From: the human T2T-CHM13v2.0 reference genome, Homo sapiens
Direction: 5' to 3' (one strand)
Assembly: GCF_009914755.1 (NCBI RefSeq)
Contig: NC_060929.1
Length of the DNA: 64,000 nucleotides
Both the position numbers and the translations under genes were made by a program. This document shows, in pieces, positions 1-11,792 of this stretch (positions are counted from its first letter, which is position 1; every line of letters starts with the position of its first letter). The notes under the pieces were generated by a model. The model saw only the letters and a list, made by a program, of their open reading frames with translations, was not told where the DNA came from and made no database searches.

Positions 1-568
1 CACTCCAGCCTGGGCAACAGAGCGACTCCGTCTCAAAAAAAAAATTAGTTGGGCATAGTGGCCTGTGCCTGTAGTCCTAGCTACTCGCGAGGCTAAGAGG
101 GGCGTATTGGTTGAGCCTAGATGGAGCCAGTGCACTGCGGCCTGGGTGACAGAGGGAGATTCTGTTTCTAAAAAAATTAAAAAGAGTAACAGGAAGTTTC
201 ACTGGGCGGGGGTTGGAATGTTTATCTAGTTTAGCAGCGAAGTTCTAAGATAAGGTCTGAAATACAATTTACACCTTGTAAAGACTCCACTCCCCTGGCC
301 CAAGCACTAGTTGTAAAAGTCGATTTGATCACGAAGTGACCCTGTGTGGTTGTTTTGGGAGCGCAGAGTCTGGAAGCGAAGGAGGTGGGGGCGTTTCGAG
401 AGTTGTGGACCAGGTGACTGCTGAGAAGGAGACAGTAAACCGGGGACACACCTGCGGAAGAGCTCTTCAGGGATTAGGAAAGGCTACGTCCTTGTCACTG
501 CTGTGTGTCCCCAGATGGACAACTCCTCAATTGTCTGGAGGTCGGGGGCGTGTTGGACAGTCCTGGTC

Positions 569-647
569 GCTGAGTCATGCTGAAGCACTCTCTTTTTGAC
601 TCACTCTTTGTGACGTAGGTCTTTCTCACCAGTCAATAAAATATAAT
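569..647 (+). promoter_or_regulatory. Upstream promoter of VTRNA1-1 (AP-1/ARE, TRE, CRE-like, TATA-like)
   Basis: GCTGAGTCAT 569-578, TGACTCA 597-603, TGACGTAG 611-618, TATAAT 642-647; all at equivalent positions in the other two copies. Confidence 0.8.
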
Positions 648-663
648 CCGAAAGCAACCTCCG

Positions 664-761
664 GGCTGGCTTTAGCTCAGCGGTTACTTCGACAGTTCTT
701 TAATTGAAACAAGCAACCTGTCTGGGTTGTTCGAGACCCGCGGGCGCTCTCCAGTCCTTTT
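664..761 (+). ncRNA. VTRNA1-1: Vault RNA 1-1 (98 nt, Pol III)
   Basis: GGCTGGCTTTAGCTCAGCGGTTACTTCGACAGTTCTTTAATTGAAACAAGCAACCTGTCTGGGTTGTTCGAGACCCGCGGGCGCTCTCCAGTCCTTTT matches my recollection of human vtRNA1-1. A box TAGCTCAGCGG at 673-683, B box GTTCGAGAC at 729-737, TTTT terminator at 758-761, complementary 5'/3' ends (GGCTGG / CCAGTC). Confidence 0.97.
758..761 (+). terminator. Pol III oligo-T terminator of VTRNA1-1
   Basis: CCTTTT directly after the 3' stem strand; a second TTTT at 804-807. Confidence 0.85.
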
Positions 762-807
762 ACCTCTCTGGGCGGTTCGAGACCCGCGGGAGCTCTCCAG
801 TCCTTTT
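762..807 (+). repeat. Tandem copy of the vault RNA 3' half with second B box and terminator
   Basis: ACCTCTCTGGGCGGTTCGAGACCCGCGGGAGCTCTCCAGTCCTTTT repeats 716-761 with few mismatches; B box GTTCGAGAC at 775-783. Confidence 0.9.
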
Positions 808-1764
808 CACTGCTGAAGTTCAGCTCCCTTTCCATGGTAAAAGGAATCAGGGCTCCTCGGAGAAATGGCTGATTTTAGTACTGGGCAGGAAATATAGAAA
901 TGGACGTGGAGCATCTCGTAGAGCTAGAAAGTAAGGAAATGCTTAAAAACCAAGAACAACCAAACTCAACTTTTAAAGTTTTTTCAATGTTTAGTATGTT
1001 CATGTGTTTGTTCTAACAGTTGCCTGTATACTTGTATCTTCTCGCCCTTTTTTACTGAGGCCCACAGGATTTTTTTCTTTCAAATCTAATGGATGTTCTA
1101 AGATATACCTTAGACTTGATCATTCCATATAAGTTTTCCTAGGTTTCCTTTCGATATGTAGACCCAATTTTTTTTTATTATAGTTTTGAAGATTACATCG
1201 GTTCCATTATTTTATTCTTCTTCAGGGACTGCAATGTATGTTGGATCTTTGCCTCTATACCACTTTCTCTCTGATCCTTTGAATTGCTTTCTTGATTTTA
1301 TTTTTATTTTATTGGCTGTTTTAATGCCTTTCCTCAATACCAGTTATTATATTTTAAGTAAAAGTTTTTCCTCTTTGGAAAAGCTTTCCTTATGATTTAG
1401 TTTTCTTTTCAGAGATTTTTTTTCTTCCATATCTCCTGCTTTTTTACAAACTGCTTATTTTGTTCTTTGTCCATTTCTGTTCTGAGTTATTTTTCTGATT
1501 CATGGCATTTTTTTCATGTTACCAAATGATTGCTTAAGGTTATCTAATTTAGGTTGAAGTACTGTGTTTCAGTTTTCTGGTTTCATGGTTAGTTTTCAAA
1601 AAAATATTGATTTTCACTTAACCTTTTTCTATATACCATGTCTGCAATTTTCTGTGCATTTTGAAATATTTTATTTTCCAGTTTCAGCAATTACAAATGA
1701 GGCAGTAGTTTGGGTGCCTTACCAGCTTTCTTACTTGAAGAGTGCCCTCTTATTTTTGTTTTCG

Positions 1765-2068
<304 letters not shown>

Positions 2069-2199
2069 TGGAGTGCCCTCTTTTGTTGGTAGAACAAAAT
2101 GCATTTTTCCCCCAAATAGGAAGCCCTTTTTTGGAGAGTGGAGCACAGGCTGATATCTTGTGATTTTGTGATTTTCTTTTATATCTCTGAGACTCTTAA

Positions 2200-2515
2200 T
2201 TTTCTTTTTCTTTTTGAGACAGGGTCTGTCTCTGTCTCCCAGTCTGGGGTGCAGTGGCACCATCTTAGCTTTGCAACCTCTCCCTCCTGGGATCAAGCGA
2301 TCCTCCTGCCTCAGCCTCCTCCAGAGTAGCTGGGACCACAGCTGTGCACTACCTCACCCAGCTTTGTATTTTATTTTATTTTTATTTTATTTTATTTTTG
2401 TAGAGATGGGGGTCTCGCCATGTTGCCCAGGCTGGTCTCAAATTCCTGAGATCAAGATCCGCCCACCTCGGCCTCACATAATGTTGGGTTTAGAGGAGTA
2501 AGCCACCGCACCTAG
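2200..2515 (-). mobile_element. AluJ shared by all units (paralogues ~9885-10217, ~16975-17293)
   Basis: Diverged Alu with J-type motifs at the same position in three units. Confidence 0.8.
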
Positions 2516-3074
2516 ACTGGTACTGTTATTCACTGCTTGCTTCCTTTCTCTTCACCGTGAAGCCCTGAAGGGGTACCTCCCCTTCAAGTCACCTCTTTCC
2601 TCCTGCCTTTGCAACATTGCCATTACCAGTCTCAAACAATTTCACCCCCTTTTAAAATACGTCTCAGTTCTTGCATCTACCAGATCTCAGACATACTGTC
2701 AGCATTTCTCCACTCAAGATGGGACTCTCTTTTTCTGGTGGTGGTTTAGCCTTTCTGTGCCATCTTGGCATCTCTTCTAGAGCATGGCTCTGTAACTGGA
2801 TCTGCTGGTTTTGGATGTATATATCTGCTTTTATATAAAATGGGGTTTATAATTTTCTCTGTCTGTAAATTATGTTGTAGCCATAGATGGTTTTATTTGT
2901 TCTCCTTAGTTTTTTTTTGTTTATAGGATGTGTGAAGAGATTCAAATTTAGGTAACTGGCATTATTCTATAGGAATCTGGGAGCCAGAACATTTGTTTTT
3001 GTTTTCCATAAAAATTTTTAATTGTGGTAAAATACACAGAACATAAAATTTGGCATATGAACCATTTTACACCT

Positions 3075-3219
3075 TTTTTTGGTCTTTTTTTTCCTTTTTA
3101 TGGAGAATGGGGTCTCACTATATTGCCCAGGCAGATCCCAAACTCCTGGGCTCAAACTATCCACCCACCTCTGCCTCCCTAAGAGCTGGGATTACAGGTG
3201 TTAGCCACCATCCCCAGCC
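3075..3219 (-). mobile_element. Alu monomer (FLAM-like), specific to unit 1
   Basis: Single Alu arm flanked by TSD CATATGAACCATTTT (3054-3068, 3220-3234); absent near 10765 and 17842. Confidence 0.8.
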
Positions 3220-3482
3220 CATATGAACCATTTTGAAGTGTTCAGTTCAGTGGTGGTAGGTACATTCACACTATTATGCAATCGTCACCACTATCCATCT
3301 CCAGAACTCTTCATCTTTCAAAACTGAAACTCTATACCCACTAACTCTCCATCTCCCTTCATCCCTAATCCCTGGCAACTGCCATTCTGCCCTCAGTCTC
3401 TATAAATTTGACTACTCTAGGTATCTCATAGAAGTGGAATCATACAGTATTTGTCTTTTTGTGACTCATTTATTTCACTTAG

Positions 3483-3806
<324 letters not shown>

Positions 3807-4026
3807 TAAGGTTCATCCATATTGTATCATGTACCACAATTTTGTTCTTTTTTAGAAAGGATAAATAATATTCTATTGTATGTGAATACTACAGTGGAAT
3901 ATTATGAAAATGGAATATTTTGTTTAGCCATTGTCCGTCAATGGACATTTGGGTTGTTTTGACATTTTGGCTATTATGAACAATGCTGCTAAGAACATAA
4001 GTGTACAAATATCTGTTTTAGTTTCT

Positions 4027-4327
4027 GTTTTCTTTTTTTTTTTTTTTGAAACGGAGTCTTGCTCTCTCCCCCAGGCTGGAGTACATTGGTGTGATCTAGG
4101 CTCACTGCAACCTCCACCTTCTAGGTTCAAGTGATTCTCCTGCCTCAGCCTCCTGAGTAGCTGGGATTACAGGCGTGTGACACCAAGCCCAGCTAATTTT
4201 TGTATTTTTAGTAGAGACGGGGTTTTACCGTGTTGGCCAGGCTGGTCTCGAACTTCTGACCTCATGATCCACCCACCTCAGCTTCCCAAAATGCTGGAAT
4301 TACAGGCATGAGCCATCGTGCCCGGCC
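4027..4327 (-). mobile_element. AluS, specific to unit 1
   Basis: Alu consensus; TSD TAGTTTCTG; absent near 11560 and 18632. Confidence 0.85.
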
Positions 4328-5285
4328 TAGTTTCTGCTTTCAATTCTTTTGGATATATACCAGAAATGGAATTGCTGGACTATATGGTAATTCTATTTTT
4401 AGTTATTTAAGTAACTGCCATACAGTTTCCCATAGCAGCTATATCATTTTACATTTCTACCAATAGTTCAGAAGGGCTTCAATTTCTCCACATCTTTACT
4501 AACATTTATTCTGCCTCTCTCTTTCTCTGGGTGTGTGTGTGTCATTGATAGTAGCTATCCTGAAGAGTGTGAGGTTGTATCTCCCGTGGCAGCTTATTTG
4601 ATTTTAATCTTTCTTAATCATTAGTGTATTTAAAACTCCAAGTTTGCCTTTACGTACTGCTTAGTTGTAGTACACAAATTCTGTCATGTAGTGTTTCATT
4701 CACTTCTAAGTATTTTTTAAGCAGAGTCTGATCTAGTAATATGTGATTTAGTTTCCAAACAAGTGGGATTTTATTTTAGCTATCATTTTTACAAATGTTA
4801 ATTCCAGGATGCATTGTAGTAGGAGAACATTGTCTGAATGGGATTGGATATTTGGAATTTATTGATGCTTCCTTTATGGCCTAATGCATGGTCTATTGTT
4901 GTGTTACATGTATATTAAAAAAGAATGCCTGATTATTTTAGATCTACATATTTTTAAAATTGTTTTTTAGCTCATTCATATCCATACTATTTTCAGGTCT
5001 ATGTGATCTACAGTTCTTAGAGATGCATGTTAAAACATTTCCAACTACAATTGGTGATTTATATGTTTTTTCCTATTTATTTGACATAGTTGGAGATTGT
5101 ATTGTGGATGCATGTATGCTTATGATGATTATATCAATTTTCTACTGTTTACTAATTAAACATTTTAAAACTGTGAGGCATAACATACATGCAGAAAGTT
5201 TATAAGATATATATGTAGATTTAAATAAATACTTATAAAATGAATCCATATATTCACTACTGTATAATCCATATAATCACCACTA

Positions 5286-5701
<416 letters not shown>

Positions 5702-8214
5702 TCACCTGATTTTTATTTTATTTATTTTATTTTATTTAGAGAAGAGGGTCTTGCTATGTTGCCCAGGCTGCAGTACAGTAGCCATTCACAGGTGTAATCA
5801 TAGCGGGCAACAGCCTTGAACTCCTGGGCTCAAGTGATCCTTCTGCCTCAGACTCTCAAGTTGCTGGGACTCTAGGCATGCACCATTCTGCCCAACTCCA
5901 TTTACCTGATTTTTATTGATTTATTATTATTACTGGTATTATTTTTGAGACAGAGTCTTGCTCTTTCACCCAGGCAGGAGTGCAGTGGAGGTATCTCAGC
6001 TCACTGCAACCTCCGCCTCCTGGGTTCAGGTGATTCTCCTGCCTCAGCCTCCTGAGTAGCTGGGATTACAGTTGCCCGCCACTAGGCCCGGCTAATTTTT
6101 TTTGTATTTTTAGTACAGATGGGGCCAGGCTGGTCTTGAACTCCTGACCTCAAATCATCTGCCGACCTTGGCCTCCCAAAGTGCTGGGATTATAGGTGTG
6201 AGCCACTGCGCCCAGTCTCATTCTTCAGGAAAACATCTAGTTCAATTTAGCTTCAATTTAGCTTCAAAGGATGTCTTTCCCTTTTTGGTACAGTGGGATT
6301 TTACCTCTGGTCACTTCAAAAAAGCAATTCTGAATTTCAGAATCTTTAAACTCTCTTGGGACTGGTAAGTGGTTTGAGTCTCAAAGGGACCTAAGTCATG
6401 GGGTGTTTGGAGGTGCTCAAGTTGGCGTCTTGGGAAAGGAAATGGAATGGAAATTCAAGAGCCCACAGCAATCCCAGATAACTCAGAAATCTCAAAGAGA
6501 GGCTTCTTTCAGGGGTTTCTAAAACCCTTTCTAAAACCAATGGAAATGTTTGCATTCTGGTTGAGGAATATCCACTTGACCAGTGCTTAGGTGAACATGC
6601 TGTAGGTACTGGTATTATCGTCTGGGGCAATGCATCAAAGTCCCAGATGTCATGGAATGTACATTCTGGTGGAATTGCCCTTCAGAGTACCTGGGGAACA
6701 AAAGATGATCCTTATTATTAAAGATGATCCTGTGGCTTCAGGCACCCTCAAGGCCTCTTGTATTTCTCCCATAACTTTCTCCAAATATGTGTGCAGATTC
6801 TTTAATCCAGCATATATTCTAACAACATATTTGTGTATGTGTACATATATGTACCAGGATGTGTATTACCGCAGCTTTATGATAGTGAAACTTCAAACTA
6901 GTACATTTATACTTGAATATAATGCAGCTGTTACAATACAAGTGATTTAGGTTTATATGCAGTGCGTGGAAGGATCTCCAAGACATGCTGTTAAGTAAAC
7001 AATATCCAACAACCAAGATTCCCAGCAAGCCAAGAAAAACCTTATGTTCTGTGTACAGTTACATATACAGATTGAGGAAAAGGACTGGAAGGATACACAT
7101 TGAAATATAAACAGTGGTTAATTGGAGAAAAGTAGGAATTTGGGGAAGAAACATTAGCTGTTTACAGTGTACATAAAAAGAATAGATGTTCCTGTGGTAT
7201 TAAAAATGGAAATAATTTTTAGGCCAGGCATGGAGGCTCACACGGGTAATCCTAGCACTTTGGGTGGCTGAGGTGGAAGGATCTCTTGAGGCCAGTTCCA
7301 GGTCAACCTTGGCCACATAGGAAGACTCCGTCTCCGACAACAACAACAAAAAAGGCTGGGCCCGATGGCTGAAGCCTGTAATCCCAGCCATTTGGAAGGC
7401 CAAGTCAAGTGGATCACTTGAGGTCAGGAGTTCGAGACCAGCCTGTCCAAAATGGTGAAACCTCGCCTCTATTAAAAAATACAGAAATTAGATGGGTGTG
7501 GTGGCGCGTGCCTGTAGTCTCAGCTACTTGGGAGGGAGAGGCATGAGAATCACTTCAACCCGGGAGGCGGAGGCTGCAGTGAGCTGAGGTGGTACCACTG
7601 CAGTCCAGCTTGGGCAACAGAGTGGAGACTCCATCTCAAAAAAATAAATAAATAAAATAAATAAATAAATGAAAAGAAAAGAAAAAACATTAGTTAGGCA
7701 TGGTGGCCTATGCCTGTAGTCCTAGCCACTCGCGAGGCTAAGAGGGGCATATGGGTTAAGCCTAGATGGGGCCATTGCACTCCAGACTGGGTGACAGAGG
7801 GAGAGTCTGTCTCTAACAAAAAAAATTTAAAAAGCATAACAGGAAGTTTCACCTGGGCCGGGGTTGGAAGGTTTATCTAGTTTAGCAGCGAAGTTCTAAG
7901 ATAAGGTCTGAAATACAATTTACACCTTGTAAAGACGCCACTCCCCTGGCCCAAGCACTAGTTGTAAAAGTCGATTTGATCACAAAGTGACCCTGCGTGG
8001 TTGTTTTGGGAGCGCAGTGGCTGAAGGCGAAGGAGGTGGGGGTGTGTCGAGACTTGTGGACCAGGTGACTGCTGAGAAGGAGAAAATAAGCCAGGTACAC
8101 AACTGCGGAAGAGCTCTCCAGGGTTAGGGGAAGGCTGTGTCCTTGTCACTGCTGTGTGTCCCTGGCTGTACACTCCAATTGTCTGGAGGCGGTGGCGTGT
8201 TGGACAGTCCTGGT

Positions 8215-8292
8215 TGCTGAGTCATGCTAAAACACTGTTGTTTTGAGTCACTTTGTGACGTAGGTCTTTCTCACCAGTCAAGAAAATATAAT
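8215..8292 (+). promoter_or_regulatory. Upstream promoter of VTRNA1-2
   Basis: TGCTGAGTCAT 8215-8225, TGAGTCA 8244-8250, TGACGTAG 8256-8263, TATAAT 8287-8292. Confidence 0.8.
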
Positions 8293-8308
8293 CCGGAGAT
8301 AGCCTCTG

Positions 8309-8396
8309 GGCTGGCTTTAGCTCAGCGGTTACTTCGAGTACATTGTAACCACCTCTCTGGGTGGTTCGAGACCCGCGGGTGCTTTCCAGCTCTGTT
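8309..8396 (+). ncRNA. VTRNA1-2: Vault RNA 1-2 (88 nt, Pol III); terminator reads TCTGTT here
   Basis: First 28 nt identical to vtRNA1-1; centre AGTACATTGTAACCACCTCTCTGGGTGG typical of vtRNA1-2. A box 8318-8328, B box 8364-8372. G at 8394 interrupts the T-run. Confidence 0.95.
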
Positions 8397-8533
8397 ACTG
8401 CTGAAGTTCAGCTCCTTTTCCATGGGGAACCATGGAGAAATGGCTGATTTTAGCACTGGGCAGGAAATACAGAGATGGACAGGGTGCATCTCACAGTGCT
8501 AGAAAGTAAGGAAGTGCTTGAAAACCAAAAACA

Positions 8534-8902
<369 letters not shown>

Positions 8903-9334
8903 TCAGTAATGTTCATGTGTTTGTTGTAACAGTTAATTGTATACTTGTATCTTCTCATCCTTTTTGCCTGAGGCCCAGAGGAGTTTTTCTTTCAAATCTA
9001 ATGGATGTTCTAAGAGATATCTTTTTTTTTTTATTGGCTGTGTTAATACCTTTTCTCAATACCAGTTATTATATCTTAAGTAAAAGCTCTTCCCTTTGGA
9101 CATCTTATAATTTAGTTTTTTTCTGATTTTTTTTCCTTCTATTTCTCCTGCTTTTTTACAAACTGTTTTCTTAGTTATTTTGTTCTTTGTCTATTTCTCT
9201 TCTGAGTTATTTTTCTGATTCATGGCATTTTTTTCATGTTACCAAATGATTGTTTAAGGTTATCTAATTTAGGTTGGAGTACTGTGTTTCAGTTTTCCGG
9301 TTCCATGGTGAGTTTAAAAAAAATACGGACTTTT

Positions 9335-9621
9335 GGCTGGGCTCGGTGGCTCACGCTTGTAATCCCAGCACTTTGGGAGGCCGAGGCGGGCGGATCACGA
9401 GGTCAGGAGATCGAGACCACGGTGCGACCCTGTCTCTACTAAAAATACAAAAAAATTAGCTGGGCGTGGTGGCGGGCGCCTGTAGTCCCAGTTACTCAGA
9501 GAGGCTGAAGCAGGAGAATGGCGTGAACCCGGGAGGCGGAGCTTGCAGTGAGCCGAGATTGTGCAACTGCACTCCAGCCTGGGCGACAGAGCGAGACTCC
9601 GTCTCAAAAAAAAAAAAAAAA
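9335..9621 (+). mobile_element. AluY with 12-bp left-arm deletion (AluYd-type), specific to unit 2
   Basis: GAGATCGAGACCACGGTG lacks TCCTGGCTAACA relative to the AluY consensus; degenerate TSD TACGGACTTTT / TATGGATTTT. Confidence 0.75.
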
Positions 9622-11034
9622 GTATGGATTTTCACTTAAAATTTTTCTATATAATATGTCTGCAATTTTCTGTGCATTTTGTAATATTTTATTTTCCAGT
9701 TTCAGCAACTGCAAATGAGGCAGAAGTTTGGGTGCCTTACCAGCTTTCTTAGTTCAAGAGTGCCCTCTTTTGTTGGTAGAACAAAATGCATTTTTCCCCG
9801 AAATAGCCCTTTTTTAGAGTGGAGCACCGACTGATGCCTTGTGATTTTGTAATTCTCTTTCATTTCTGTGGGACTCTTAATTTTCTTTTCTTTTTCTTTT
9901 TCTTTTTGAGACAGGGTCTATCTCTCTCTCCGAGACTGGAGTGCAGTGGCGCCGTCTCAGCTCACTGGAACCTCTGCCTCAAGCAATCCTCCTGCCTCAG
10001 CTTCCTCCTGAGTAGCTGGGACCACAGGTGCGCGCTACCTCGCCTGGCTAAATTTTGTATTTATTTAATTTTATTATTTTATTTAATTTTAATATTTTTG
10101 TAGAGACAGGCATCTTGCCATGTTGCCCAGGCTGGTCTCGAGTTCCTGACCTTAAGATATCCGTCCTCCTCAGCATCCCATAATGTTGGTTTACAGCAGT
10201 GAGCCACCGCACCCAGCCTGGGACTCTTACTCATTGCTTGCTTCCTTTTTCTTCACCATCAAGCCCTGAAGGGGTACCTTCCCTTCAAGTCGCCTCTTTC
10301 CTCCTGCCTTTCCTCTTGCCTTTGCAACATTGCCATGGCCAGTCTCAAACAATTTCACCCCCTTTTAAAATCTGTCTCAGTTCTTTCATCTACCAGATCT
10401 CGGACGTATTGTCAGTATTTCTCCACTCAAGATGGGACTCTTTTTCTGGTGGTGGTTTAGCCTTTCTGTGCCATCTTGGCTTCTCTTCTAGAGCATGGCT
10501 CTGTAACTGGATCTGCTGGTTTTGGATGTATATACCTGCTTTTATATAAAATGGGGTTTATAATTTTCTCTGTCTGTAAATTATATTGTAGCCATGGATG
10601 GTTTTATTCGTTCTCCTTAGTTTTGTTTGTTTATAGGATGTGTGGAGAGATTCAAATTTAGGTAACTGGCGTTATTCTATAGGAATCTGGAAGCCAGAAC
10701 GTTTGTTTTTGTTTTCCATAAAAAATTTTAATTGTGGTAAAATACACAGAATATAAAATTTGGCATATGAACCATTTTAAAATGTTCAGCTCAGTGGTGG
10801 TAGGTACATTCACACTGTTATGCAACCATCACCACTATCCATCTCCAGGAACTCTTCATCTTTCAAAACTGAAACTCTATACCCATTAACTAATAACTCT
10901 CCACCTCCCTCTATCTCTAATCCCTGGCAACTGCCATTCTGCTTTCCGTCTCTATAAATTTGACTACTCTAGGTATCTCATAAAAGTGGAATCACACAGT
11001 AGCTGTCTTTTTGTGACTCCTTTATTTCCCTTAG

Positions 11035-11262
<228 letters not shown>

Positions 11263-11759
11263 TGACCTCAGGTGATCCACTCACCTCGGCCTCCCAAAGT
11301 GCTGGGATTACAGGCGTGAGCCACTGCACCCGGCCAGCACAATGTTCTTAAGGTTCATCCATGTTGTATCATGTACCATAATTTCATTCCTTTTTAAAAA
11401 GGATAAATAATACGCTATTGTATGTGAATACTACAATGGAATATTATTAAAACGGAATATTTTGTTTAGCCATCATCCATCGATAGACATTTGGGTTGTT
11501 CTGACCTTTTAGCTATTATGAACGATGCTGCTATGAACATAAGTGTACGAATTTCTATTTGAGTTTCTGCTTTCAATTCCTTTGGGTATATACCAGAAGT
11601 GGAATTGCTGGATTATATGGTAATTCTATTTTTAGCTATTTAAGTGACTGCCATACTGTTTTCCATAGCAGCTGTATCATTTTACATTCCCACCAATAGT
11701 GCAGAAATGCTTCAATTTCTCCACATCTTCACTAACACTTATTCTCTCTCTCTCTCTGA

Positions 11760-11792
<33 letters not shown>

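Noticed and set aside
231-449. Antisense 71-72 codon ORF preserved upstream of all three vault genes (also 7882-8100, 15120-15335)
   Set aside because: Starts are GTG, many differences change amino acids, and the shared C-terminus simply reflects the duplication and the invariant 66-bp block. No recognisable domain.
664-761. tRNA-like gene (TAGCTCAG...GTTCGA motifs)
   Set aside because: These are Pol III A/B boxes. There is no cloverleaf or anticodon arm, and the sequence matches vault RNA.
762-807. A fourth vault RNA gene
   Set aside because: It has only the 3' half, with no A box or upstream promoter of its own.
6630-6950. ATG-initiated 106-aa ORF repeated at 13894-14214
   Set aside because: Conservation is explained by the duplication; no domain, splice context or coding bias is evident.
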